DNA of 64,000 bases from Spirochaetota bacterium. Lineage in GTDB: Bacteria > Spirochaetota > UBA4802 > UBA5550. Positions within the stretch are counted from its first letter, which is position 1; every line of letters begins with the position of its first letter. A program made the position numbers and the translations under genes. The stretch covers positions 3,072,001 to 3,136,000 of the forward strand of contig CAXXHB010000003.1 in the NCBI GenBank assembly GCA_963664815.2. The letters run 5' to 3'. Of this stretch, positions 28,243 to 37,536 are shown in pieces. Below the pieces are notes generated by a model. That model saw nothing but the letters and a program-made list of their open reading frames with translations. It was not told the DNA's origin and did not search any database.

Positions 28243-29535
28243 CTATGCCGTGATACTCACCCTGGGGAAATAACAGTACGGTAAAAGTGACGATCCTCTT
28301 CTTTCAACATCCTTTGATATGGCAAATTCTCCCTTCATCATTTCGATTATATTCCCGGAGATCATGCAGTCCTTGACTCGTCCCTTTATCTTCCCATTCT
28401 CCACAAGATACGCAAGGTCCATGTTGGCCGAGAAATCCCCTGTAATAGTATTTGACTGTCCGAGGCCAATAAACTGTTCAGCTACAATACCCCGATCAAT
28501 ACCGGATATTATCTCATGAAAAGATTTCTCTCCATGTTCAATTTCAATCCCGTGAAATGAGGGGGAAGGGAGGGAAGAGTAACCTCTTGAAGCGTTCCCC
28601 GTTGGATCCACGCCAAGCCTCTCAGAATATTTTAAATCATTGATAAAGGTTTCTATGACACCGTTCCTGATAAGAAATTTTTCAGATGTGCATACACCTT
28701 CACTGTCAAAAGGAACACTGTACGGAGAGCCTGCCATATGAGGATTATCTGTCATAGTAAATGATTCGCTGAATATCTTCTCACCTGTCCTGCCTGCAAA
28801 AGGAGAGACGCCTTTCCATACCGATACGCCGTTCAGTCCGGAGGCGATAAATCCTGCCAGTCTACCGAAAGCCTGAGGGGGAAATATTACCGGATACACA
28901 CCTGAATCTATCTTCTCAACTGTTAGCGCCTTATTTATCTTTTCCAGCACAATATTTTTAAGTTCTGAACAGTCCACAGGGCTGAGCTCCGATCTGCTCT
29001 CCCATGTTTCAATCCTTGTGCCGTCAGGCATAATATATGAGCACGAAAGTGAAAGCCCGTAGTAAGACTCACGGTACGAAACATCAATTCCACGTGAATT
29101 CACAAGACGGACTGTACCGGTTGATGATGATATCCCCATGTCAATGCTTATCTGCGGATAGACCGACTTAATGTCATCAATCATCTTTTCCGCCCTGGCA
29201 ATTTCATCCGAAATATTGAATCCAGCAATGGCCTCATCATAGGGTTCAAATGAGGCAGATGCATTGTCCGGAAGAGTAAAATTCTCAACATCTCCGTAAC
29301 TGCACATCGCAAGAGAACGTTTGACTGCATCGGAGATATTCTCAAATTCATTGGTATACGAGAACCCGGTCCTGCTTTCTTTATTTATTCTTATCCCGAA
29401 ACCTGAATTTTCACTTTCAGATATAGAATAAAGCCTGTTATTTTTAAAACTTACCGGAGAGCTTTTCCCTGAAACATAGACGGCGTCATACCATTTTACC
29501 CCTTCCGTAAGGGCGCGTTCTATCTGACTTTTCAT
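28243..29535 (-). CDS. pmbA: TldD/PmbA family protein, PmbA/TldE-like subunit
   Basis: GFGIRI...GFSYT, PFDSEGV, TGNASRG, GDFS, CMISGN. Lacks HExxxH. Coupled to tldD by TAATG. Confidence 0.85.
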   Translation of the reverse strand: MKSQIERALTEGVKWYDAVYVSGKSSPVSFKNNRLYSISESENSGFGIRINKESRTGFSYTNEFENISDAVKRSLAMCSYGDVENFTLPDNASASFEPYDEAIAGFNISDEIARAEKMIDDIKSVYPQISIDMGISSSTGTVRLVNSRGIDVSYRESYYGLSLSCSYIMPDGTRIETWESRSELSPVDCSELKNIVLEKINKALTVEKIDSGVYPVIFPPQAFGRLAGFIASGLNGVSVWKGVSPFAGRTGEKIFSESFTMTDNPHMAGSPYSVPFDSEGVCTSEKFLIRNGVIETFINDLKYSERLGVDPTGNASRGYSSLPSPSFHGIEIEHGEKSFHEIISGIDRGIVAEQFIGLGQSNTITGDFSANMDLAYLVENGKIKGRVKDCMISGNIIEMMKGEFAISKDVERRGSSLLPYCYFPRVSITA

Positions 29536-30920
29536 TATCTGCCTCCGACAAGCACATCTTTTATTTTCATATGCGGCCCTCCGAATGAAACCGGGAGAGG
29601 GCTCTGACCGCCCTTACCGCATCCTCCAAGCCCGCCGAACATTTCCCGGTCATTTCCTATCATTGTAATGTTCTTCAGGGTATTGAACACATTACCGGCA
29701 AGCACAACGTCACGCACCATTTTACCAGGTTTGCCGTTCTTCACGATATATCCGTATGGGGCAGTAAAAGTAAACATTTCAAGGTTTGTCTGTCCGCCGA
29801 TTACATCAACGCAGTAGAGACCGTCATCCATTGAGCTGAAAATATCATCCCTGGAATACTCTCCGTTTTCTATATATGTATTGGTCATCCTTACAATCGG
29901 CTGTCTCATGACGCTGATGGCCCTTCCGTTGCCGGTAACGTCTTCATCCATTTTACCGGCAGTTTCACGGGAATGAAGCCTTCCGGAGAGGAGACCGTCT
30001 TTTATCAGTGAAGTTTTCCCGGGTGGTATACCCTCGTCATCAAAGGGAATATATCCCGAACATTCATTCAGAGTTCCGTCATCATATACATTCAGCATTG
30101 ACGGGCCAAAATCCCTGCCGATAACCATTACATCCTTCATCCGGGGATTCTCATATACGAAATCAGCCTCTGACATATGACCGAAGGCTTCGTGTATAAA
30201 TACTCCGCATAATTTCGGGTCTACAATAATATCGTAGGTTCCTCCGGGGACAGGATCGGCATCAAGCATGTCAACCGCTGTTTTCACAACAACATCTGCC
30301 AGATGGTCTTTGTTTTCAACAAGTTCAAATCCGCCATACCCCGAAATTGATTCATGAGATGGCTGAATAATACTGCCCCTTTTTGCAACAGATGCCAGCG
30401 ATATCCCGCAATACATTTTATCATAAGAGAGAAGACTCCCCTCGGAATTCATAAATGTATACTGCGTATAAACATCACGGTAACCTGCCCTGGTTGTCTG
30501 GACAGACTCCGATCCGAGGAGGATATCGTTATATCTTTTCAAAAGCATATATTTTTCATCTGGTGTGACATCCATAAAATTGCGTCTGAATTCCGTTCTG
30601 AACTCACTGCGCAACGGTTTACCGCGCGCAATAACGCCTTTATCAAACGGTGAAACAAGCGATGCCGATGATACAGCTCCGGAGAAAAATCTTTCAAGCA
30701 TTGAGAGATCATTAAATGTGGAAAAACCCCATGATCCGTTTTTTAAAACACGTACAGAACCCGCCACGGACTCGCCGATTGTGAATGAATCGACATTCTC
30801 CCCGGAAAGAGATATGCCTGTTCCAACGCTTGAGGAGATCCTGATCTCTGCATAGTCGCATGACGCGGATTCAAGAATTTTTTTTCCCTTTTCCACTGCT
30901 TCCATATATTTATTATTCAT
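29535..30920 (-). CDS. tldD: TldD metalloprotease catalytic subunit
   Basis: HEAFGH zinc motif, FDDEG, TGNGRA...PIVRMTNT, GCGKGGQSPLPVSFGGP. Confidence 0.9.
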   Translation of the reverse strand: MNNKYMEAVEKGKKILESASCDYAEIRISSSVGTGISLSGENVDSFTIGESVAGSVRVLKNGSWGFSTFNDLSMLERFFSGAVSSASLVSPFDKGVIARGKPLRSEFRTEFRRNFMDVTPDEKYMLLKRYNDILLGSESVQTTRAGYRDVYTQYTFMNSEGSLLSYDKMYCGISLASVAKRGSIIQPSHESISGYGGFELVENKDHLADVVVKTAVDMLDADPVPGGTYDIIVDPKLCGVFIHEAFGHMSEADFVYENPRMKDVMVIGRDFGPSMLNVYDDGTLNECSGYIPFDDEGIPPGKTSLIKDGLLSGRLHSRETAGKMDEDVTGNGRAISVMRQPIVRMTNTYIENGEYSRDDIFSSMDDGLYCVDVIGGQTNLEMFTFTAPYGYIVKNGKPGKMVRDVVLAGNVFNTLKNITMIGNDREMFGGLGGCGKGGQSPLPVSFGGPHMKIKDVLVGGR

Positions 30921-30989
30921 GTAAACACCTTTATTCTGATTTCTTTACCATTAATAATTACTGAAAAAATTATTATAGCATAAATTTTT

Positions 30990-31030
30990 CTATTCTCACC
31001 GCCAGAGGCGGAGGTGAGATATAATCGTTC
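30990..31030 (+). repeat. GC-rich hairpin repeat, degenerate copy 4
   Basis: CTATTCTCACCGCC-AGA-GGCGGAGGTGAGATATAATCGTT. Same flanks as copies 1 and 3, a paired A-T change, and a 3-nt shortening of the left arm. Confidence 0.7.
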
Positions 31031-31273
31031 GCTTTATCTGATGTACACAGACCATGCAGAAAAGTTACAGATATGCTATTCTTTATTTCCGTACAACTAT
31101 CTGTGTCTATCTGTGTTCCTCTGCGGCGAATATTGTTTTTTAAACACAATATTTATGAGAATCTTTCATCAACTCCGGCAAAAAGAGTGAAATTTATCCA
31201 GTACACTCTCTGCAATAAAAGAATTCTGTTTTATGTTATTATACATGATTTAATGGTAAGTTTTTCCAGGTGA

Positions 31274-32239
31274 CTACTGGTATATAATCAGTCCCGGTTC
31301 AGGATACAGGCTCAACACCTGGCGAGGAGTCATAAGCGGCCTGTCATAGTGAACGCCATGCTTACTGGAATAATAGTACCATAACTTGAATCCTTTGTAC
31401 GGGATGTTGACTGCATGGGCATTTCTGCTGTGTGTGCTTATTTTACTCTCCGGGCTCCCCCACCCCGATGTAGCATGGACAAGAATAACAGGATCATAAG
31501 TAGCCCTCGTCTCTTTTATATCCCTTATCATTTTGCTCTGAAACTGATGTACTACCAGCTGACGTTTGCCGGGTATATTATTGGCCGCCATATATTCCTT
31601 CATTTTCTGCTGAGCTTCATTAAGTTCCCTCCCGGTAATTGATCCTACCACTCTCATGGGGTGAGTCGTCCTCCATTCGGGATCGAGGGCAAGGTGAACA
31701 TTGGGGTATTTAAGATACGGGAGCAGTTCCTCGAGCGCCTGGGCTACCGTATATTTCCCTATCTGGTGGTCCAGGTAAACCAGGAATCCGTTTGCAAGGG
31801 CAAAATCAATATACGATTCAAGAAGCTTTTTATCTATAATATTTATCTCCCCGCCAGGCTGACATGTACCGTAAATCAGGTAAAATGCCGGGAGAACGCC
31901 TTTATTTTCAAATAACTTGTCATAAGAAGCCGCCTGTTCCTTCAACATCTCCGCCAATTCGGGAATTTTATAACGCCCCACTATACCCATTATTTTGGAT
32001 TTTGGATGTCCGTAATAAGCAACTACATGATTTTCTTCAAAAATTGTCGGTGAAAGGAACATACCGTTTAAAAGTTTACTGTGTATTTCCGCTGCATATT
32101 TACTCTGACCGGAGAGTCTTCCTGTTATTGCTATTGCCCTTTTTATGAAGGAACGTGAATAATCCGAGGTCAAAATATTTCCTGGTATAATCACAGATAT
32201 AAAAATGATTATAGTTATAATAAACCTGTTTCTTTTCAT
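31274..32239 (-). CDS. Exported hypothetical protein, possible TIM-barrel glycoside-hydrolase-like fold
   Basis: Start taken at ATG 32239 after GGGAG. N-terminal TM/signal. Conserved-looking motifs VVAYYGHP, YLDHQIG, VHLALDPEW, LVVHQF, GFKLWY. The fold is inferred. Confidence 0.65.
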   Translation of the reverse strand: MKRNRFIITIIIFISVIIPGNILTSDYSRSFIKRAIAITGRLSGQSKYAAEIHSKLLNGMFLSPTIFEENHVVAYYGHPKSKIMGIVGRYKIPELAEMLKEQAASYDKLFENKGVLPAFYLIYGTCQPGGEINIIDKKLLESYIDFALANGFLVYLDHQIGKYTVAQALEELLPYLKYPNVHLALDPEWRTTHPMRVVGSITGRELNEAQQKMKEYMAANNIPGKRQLVVHQFQSKMIRDIKETRATYDPVILVHATSGWGSPESKISTHSRNAHAVNIPYKGFKLWYYYSSKHGVHYDRPLMTPRQVLSLYPEPGLIIYQ

Positions 32240-32478
32240 ATAATTCTCCCGGGATAATATTAATATCGGATTAATACCGGGTTTATTTAAAAAAACCGGA
32301 CGTTTCTCTTTTAATCCGCCGCAGGAAAACTGTTTCCCGGGAGTACACCCGAAGTATTTTTCCCGACATAAATGCTCCGGTTTCACAACTGTAGTTCATC
32401 AGCCTGAAAGATGATAAATCACAGGCTGTCCGGTCAAACATTATAAACGAAAGAGTAAAAAAAAGTCAAATACAGGCT

Positions 32479-34701
32479 TTAACCATTCAATATCTCATTA
32501 ATACTACGGGAAAGTTCAACGGCAGTATAAGGTTTCTGTATAAAACCCGATGCACCCCTGGATATTGCCTCAGATACCCTTTCATCTTCTGAATATCCGG
32601 AGCTGAATAATACTTTAACGGCACTATTAATTTTTTTAAGCTCATCAAAAACCTCAAATCCGGACATACCGGGCATGGATACATCCAGGAGTATGGCACC
32701 TATTCTGTCGATATTTTTCTCATAAATTGAAATACCTTCAAGACCATTTGAAGCTTTCAATACGTTGTAACCGCAAAATGAAAGAATATTCTGCGCAACA
32801 GACTGAATAAACACCTCGTCGTCAATAACCAGTATTGTTTTATTCCCCTTGACCAGTTGTTTATCACTGCCTGAGGCTACGATATCATTTATGTTTTGTG
32901 ATAATTCCGGAAGATATATCCTGAAACAGGAACCTTTATTAATTTCAGATTCAAGTTCAATAAAACCTCCAAGATGTTGAATAAGATTATATGCCATAGA
33001 AAGACCAAGCCCTGTTCCGGATTCCCTTTTTTTCAGCGTAAAAAACGGTTCGAAAATACGATTCTGTGTAACCTCATCCATTCCTACTCCAGTGTCTGTA
33101 AACTCAATCCTGATATAACGCTCCTGCTCTATGCCATCTTCACTATTTAAAAATCCAGGTTTTAATGATTCTACCTGTGATATATGGATCAGAAGATTTC
33201 CACCCTCCTTTTCCCCTGGTTCTCTCATTATAGTCATAGCATGAGAGGCATTGACACAGAAATTCAGGAATATCTGTTCAATCAGGGCAGAGTCAGCCAT
33301 TACCATCATTGGCCCGGGCCCATACAACACATTCAGCGAAACGCTTTTAGGAAAACTGTTTCTGCAGATATCAATAACATTTCCCATGGAGATATTAATA
33401 TCAACCGGCATAAGTTTTATTTCCTGTCTTCGAGACAGGAGGAGAAGTTTCCGGATCGTGTCTGATGCCCTTTTCGATGAATCAACGGCTATCTGTATAT
33501 AACTGTCAGTTTTAACTCTTTCGGTTATAGTCTCATTTTTAAGGATGATATCCAGAAGGCTTATGCTGCCCATAATAGCACCAAGCATGTTGTTAAAGTC
33601 ATGAGCAATCCCGCTGGTAAGGGTTCCGATAGCCTCCATCTTCTGTGACTGAATAAGCTGCATCTGTATCCTTTCATTCTCCTCCAGCGCTTGTTTCCTC
33701 TCAGTCACATCATTTCCTACACAGAGGATCTCTACTAGGCGTCCATCCTTGCCCCTGATAGATTTATTCGCCCATGTTATCCATACTCTTTTACCGTCAC
33801 GGGTCATATTTTCATTTTCATTGAACCTGAAATCGTCCGGGTTTTTTAAAATATTCTTTATCATGACGCCGAGATTACTCCCCGAACTGTCAGATTCCGG
33901 CACTATCGTACCCACGACATTCTTTCCTCTGATCTCATCAAATTTATATCCGAAAAAACGTTCTGCAAACTCATTTATAAAGGTAATTTCTCCCTCGGTG
34001 TTCATTCTCATTATGATACTGTTGGCGCTTTGAACCAGTTCACGGTAATTTTTCTCGCTGTTGCGCAGCTCCTCTTCCACTGCTTTTCTTTCGTTTACCT
34101 CCTGGCGCGTCAGGTCAATTGCACGCCTGTACTGTAAAATAAGGAAACGTACCAGAAGAGATATAGACAGGATAGAGGCGATGGTTATTATCATTCTGTT
34201 CATAAAAGCTGTTTCAGAAGTACGCAGCGGTTTCAGATAACCAAGGTAATAAGCCTCTCCTATTGAAAAGTATGAAATCAGCGAAACAGTCAGCACAACA
34301 TACATACCCCTGACCCCTCTCAATACAGCCATCATAAGAATTGCCAGGACATAAAGCAGCATTGCAGGAACATCAGTTCCACCGATAAAGTTCCCATATA
34401 TAGCAGCCAGCAATATAATCAGAGAAGGGATCAGGCTGCTTATACGCCAGAACCCTATATTGGCAAGCCACCACCCTGTCATGAACAGTATACTCATACA
34501 GAAAAGTATAATCACAGTGTCAGCGGGGATAATTCCGTAAAACCAGGCGATAACAGAAATAAGCGAAAAAGGTATTGCTATAAGGGAAATAGTAATAAGT
34601 GTCATTTTTGCCATGTATTCCATGAGCCTCGAATCAGCATCTTCGGAACGGGGAATCGTAAACATGTCCAGCAATGGCGAAAAACGCTCCTTCAATCTCA
34701 T
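32479..34701 (-). CDS. Membrane-bound hybrid histidine kinase (multi-TM, PAS, HisKA, HATPase, REC)
   Basis: About six TM helices, PAS-PAC (NYRELVQSANS...GNDVTERK), H-box GIAHDFNN, GTGLGLS, C-terminal REC (IDDE, LLDVSMP, IQKPY). Confidence 0.9.
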   Translation of the reverse strand: MRLKERFSPLLDMFTIPRSEDADSRLMEYMAKMTLITISLIAIPFSLISVIAWFYGIIPADTVIILFCMSILFMTGWWLANIGFWRISSLIPSLIILLAAIYGNFIGGTDVPAMLLYVLAILMMAVLRGVRGMYVVLTVSLISYFSIGEAYYLGYLKPLRTSETAFMNRMIITIASILSISLLVRFLILQYRRAIDLTRQEVNERKAVEEELRNSEKNYRELVQSANSIIMRMNTEGEITFINEFAERFFGYKFDEIRGKNVVGTIVPESDSSGSNLGVMIKNILKNPDDFRFNENENMTRDGKRVWITWANKSIRGKDGRLVEILCVGNDVTERKQALEENERIQMQLIQSQKMEAIGTLTSGIAHDFNNMLGAIMGSISLLDIILKNETITERVKTDSYIQIAVDSSKRASDTIRKLLLLSRRQEIKLMPVDINISMGNVIDICRNSFPKSVSLNVLYGPGPMMVMADSALIEQIFLNFCVNASHAMTIMREPGEKEGGNLLIHISQVESLKPGFLNSEDGIEQERYIRIEFTDTGVGMDEVTQNRIFEPFFTLKKRESGTGLGLSMAYNLIQHLGGFIELESEINKGSCFRIYLPELSQNINDIVASGSDKQLVKGNKTILVIDDEVFIQSVAQNILSFCGYNVLKASNGLEGISIYEKNIDRIGAILLDVSMPGMSGFEVFDELKKINSAVKVLFSSGYSEDERVSEAISRGASGFIQKPYTAVELSRSINEILNG

Positions 34702-34770
34702 AACTTTTCCTTAATTTACTAATCCGGAAATCCGGGACACAGGAGAATACTAAAAGAAAACATGTATGGA

Positions 34771-36900
34771 TTAATTATCAATACCTTTTTTTACACTTAA
34801 AAGAACTGTAAAAATCTCTTCCATAACAAACGGCTTCATTATAAAACCGTTCATTCCACATTTAACCGATTTTTTCCTTGATTCCTCAAAAATATCTGCA
34901 GAAATTGCATAGATCGGGGTATTTTTACAGTGTCCGTCCCCCGATCTTATCATTTCCGTGGCTTCCATCCCATTATAGACCGGCATCTGAAAATCCATAA
35001 GTATAAGATCATATTTTTCAGCAGCGGCCATTTCTACAGCCTGCTCTCCAGTATATGAAACTTTAAAACTGCATCCTGCTTTCTTCAGTATATTCTCAAG
35101 CACACGGACATTTATTTGGTTATCATCAGCGATGAGAATATTAAGCCCGATCTCTTTAACAGTTCTCAAAACCGGTTTAAGAATTTCACCCATGCGGCAC
35201 TTCAAACTCATCCTGACTGTAAACACACTCCCGCTGCCCGGAGTACTTTTCACCTCCAGTGAACCGTTCATTAATTCAATCAGGCTTTTTGTAATGGCAA
35301 GACCGAGCCCTGTACCTCCGGTAAATGCAGCAGGATCATGAACCTGTTCGTATTTTTCGAAAATACGGCCCAGCTGTTCTTCTGTCATTCCTACACCGGA
35401 ATCCTTAACTTCAAAGGCAAACTCCGTTACATCTCCGGCAATGGTTTTCGATGTAGCCGTAAAAGTAATTTCCCCTTTTATAGTGTACTTAACGGCATTA
35501 CCACCGATATTGAGGAGAATCTGTTTCAGCCTTTTCTCGTCACCTTCGGCTATAACATCTTTTTCTATCCTGTTATCGAGAACAATGTTCAACCCTTTAT
35601 CCATGGCAAAACCTTTAAGAACAAGAATTACATCTTCAATCATTGCATTGATACTGAACGGCCTGCCGGTTAATTCAAATTTTCCCGATTCTATCTTTGA
35701 CAGATCGAGTATATCATTAATTATATTCAATACTGACCTTGATGACTTCACCAACCCGTCTGCAAGACACCTCTGTTCAGAGTCAAGGCTGGTTTCAATG
35801 AGCATATCGGCAAACCCCATTACTCCGGTCATTGGTGTGCGGATTTCATGACTCATGTTTGCCAGAAACTCACTCTTCGTTTTTGTAGTCTGTTCCGCTA
35901 TTGCTTTCTGTATTTCAGTCTCTTTAATTACTTCTCCGAGTTTTGCTTCAACATTCTTATTAAGCGTTATCATTTCCATAATTCTTCTAAACTCGAAAGA
36001 AGTGTATTTGTTATAAACGGAAGAGGGAGTATAATCAGCCGTATAGAGCGCCCTGTACAGTTCCTTCACGGGATAGACCACACTCCGGAAGAATGCCGTT
36101 GTCAGAATTATAAAAAATATAATATATATGTATAAATAATATTCAAAAGCCCTGTCGGCATTTTTTATCTCTCGTATAAAATGCATATCCACCAATACTG
36201 TCAGGTATGCTGCTGTGATCCCGTTTATATCGACAAGAGGCGCATTCAAAGTAATAGCATCATCTATTAAATATGAATCCCGTTTCTGTAAATTAATCCA
36301 CGCCGCTTTTATGTGTGATGAACCGGATTTTACCTGAGATATAAAATTATTATCACAGGGGACTGCCGTGATAATAAAACCGGCAGGTTTTGTCTTTTTC
36401 ACTCTGTCGCTGCCGGAATGTATGGATATAGCCGTCATAAAATAAGCGATATGATTATCAAGAAAATAAAAGGTAAAGAATCTCTCCGATTCAAATTTAT
36501 TTTTTAAAGATGGAATAATACTCTCCATATTCTCTACACTGTTTGAAAAATTTCTGTTTTTAAAATGATATATATTCTTAAAACCTGGATCATAAATCCA
36601 GATCTCCCCTATATTATATAATTCACCACTCAGATCAATTTTATCAGCAAGAAAATCGCTTTTCCGGTTTTTTATAAAATCTACAGTTTCATTCCATAAA
36701 GAAATATCCTGTAAATATTTTGAAACCGGGAGGCTCAACTGAACAAGATACCTTTCAAGAATTTCGAGATCCTTTTTTTCAAGCTCGCTGATGAATAGCC
36801 GTGTTTCCTTCTTTTCCCTGTATTCATACAAAACAATAAAAATGCTGAAAATAAGGGCAAAAACCGCAACAAGAATCAATCCCCTTGTTATTAATCGCAT
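34771..36900 (-). CDS. Hybrid histidine kinase with CHASE4-like periplasmic sensor
   Basis: Two TM flanking a sensor with DISLWNETVDF (CHASE4-like), H-box FLANMSHEIRTPM, GNAVKYT, DSGVG, GGTGLGL, C-terminal REC. Confidence 0.88.
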   Translation of the reverse strand: MRLITRGLILVAVFALIFSIFIVLYEYREKKETRLFISELEKKDLEILERYLVQLSLPVSKYLQDISLWNETVDFIKNRKSDFLADKIDLSGELYNIGEIWIYDPGFKNIYHFKNRNFSNSVENMESIIPSLKNKFESERFFTFYFLDNHIAYFMTAISIHSGSDRVKKTKPAGFIITAVPCDNNFISQVKSGSSHIKAAWINLQKRDSYLIDDAITLNAPLVDINGITAAYLTVLVDMHFIREIKNADRAFEYYLYIYIIFFIILTTAFFRSVVYPVKELYRALYTADYTPSSVYNKYTSFEFRRIMEMITLNKNVEAKLGEVIKETEIQKAIAEQTTKTKSEFLANMSHEIRTPMTGVMGFADMLIETSLDSEQRCLADGLVKSSRSVLNIINDILDLSKIESGKFELTGRPFSINAMIEDVILVLKGFAMDKGLNIVLDNRIEKDVIAEGDEKRLKQILLNIGGNAVKYTIKGEITFTATSKTIAGDVTEFAFEVKDSGVGMTEEQLGRIFEKYEQVHDPAAFTGGTGLGLAITKSLIELMNGSLEVKSTPGSGSVFTVRMSLKCRMGEILKPVLRTVKEIGLNILIADDNQINVRVLENILKKAGCSFKVSYTGEQAVEMAAAEKYDLILMDFQMPVYNGMEATEMIRSGDGHCKNTPIYAISADIFEESRKKSVKCGMNGFIMKPFVMEEIFTVLLSVKKGIDN

Positions 36901-37161
36901 TAATCCACCTTCGTAAAATTAAAAATACATTTATTCTATCAGATGTCAGTAAATTAGTCAATCATGTAAACCCTGTTAAAGGGGATTATAACTTATCAAA
37001 GAGCTGCACTATGTGATTTAAATTTACATCTTTACTTCAGACTGTTGTAAACCTCAAGGAAAACAGCAAAGTTTTCAATAAAAACCTCAGGAAGTACGTA
37101 TCGAATATAATTACGGAATTATCCTTTATGCAGTCAAAGGTCCTGTTCATTCCATTCAGAT

Positions 37162-37536
37162 TTATTCTTTTTTCTCCCTGCCTTCAGCTGCCGCCTTCAG
37201 TTCCTTCAGGTGAATTGCCGGTTTTCTTACAATGCAGTTATTATCTACACCGGATGCCCGGAGTTCATCAGTTATACTGAAGTCGATCGATCCTGTATAT
37301 ATAACAAACCTTGTCTCAGGCCTCAGCCTGTGAGCCGCTGTGATAAAATCAACTCCCGTCATACCCGGCAGGCGCATATCTACGATTACACACTCTGCAC
37401 TTTTACTCTTCAGGTGTTCAAGCGCCTCTTCGGCAGTACTGTAAACATCAACATCCCATCCGCAGTCTTCAAAATAATCCTTTATCGGGAGACGGATAAA
37501 TTCCTCATCATCAACAATTATCAGCCTTGTCTGCAC
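37162..37536 (-). CDS. Single-domain response regulator
   Basis: IVDDE, IVDMRLPG, YTG, RKP. Abuts the upstream kinase stop. Confidence 0.88.
   Translation of the reverse strand: MQTRLIIVDDEEFIRLPIKDYFEDCGWDVDVYSTAEEALEHLKSKSAECVIVDMRLPGMTGVDFITAAHRLRPETRFVIYTGSIDFSITDELRASGVDNNCIVRKPAIHLKELKAAAEGREKKE

Noticed and set aside
28243-30920. tldD-pmbA as part of a RiPP (microcin-like) cluster
   Set aside because: No YcaO, radical SAM or precursor peptide gene is adjacent, so this is most likely the ordinary housekeeping pair.
37011-37029. CRP/FNR-like site ATGTGATTTAAATTTACAT
   Set aside because: Half-sites are separated by 7 nt rather than 6, and such AT-rich palindromes arise easily by chance here.
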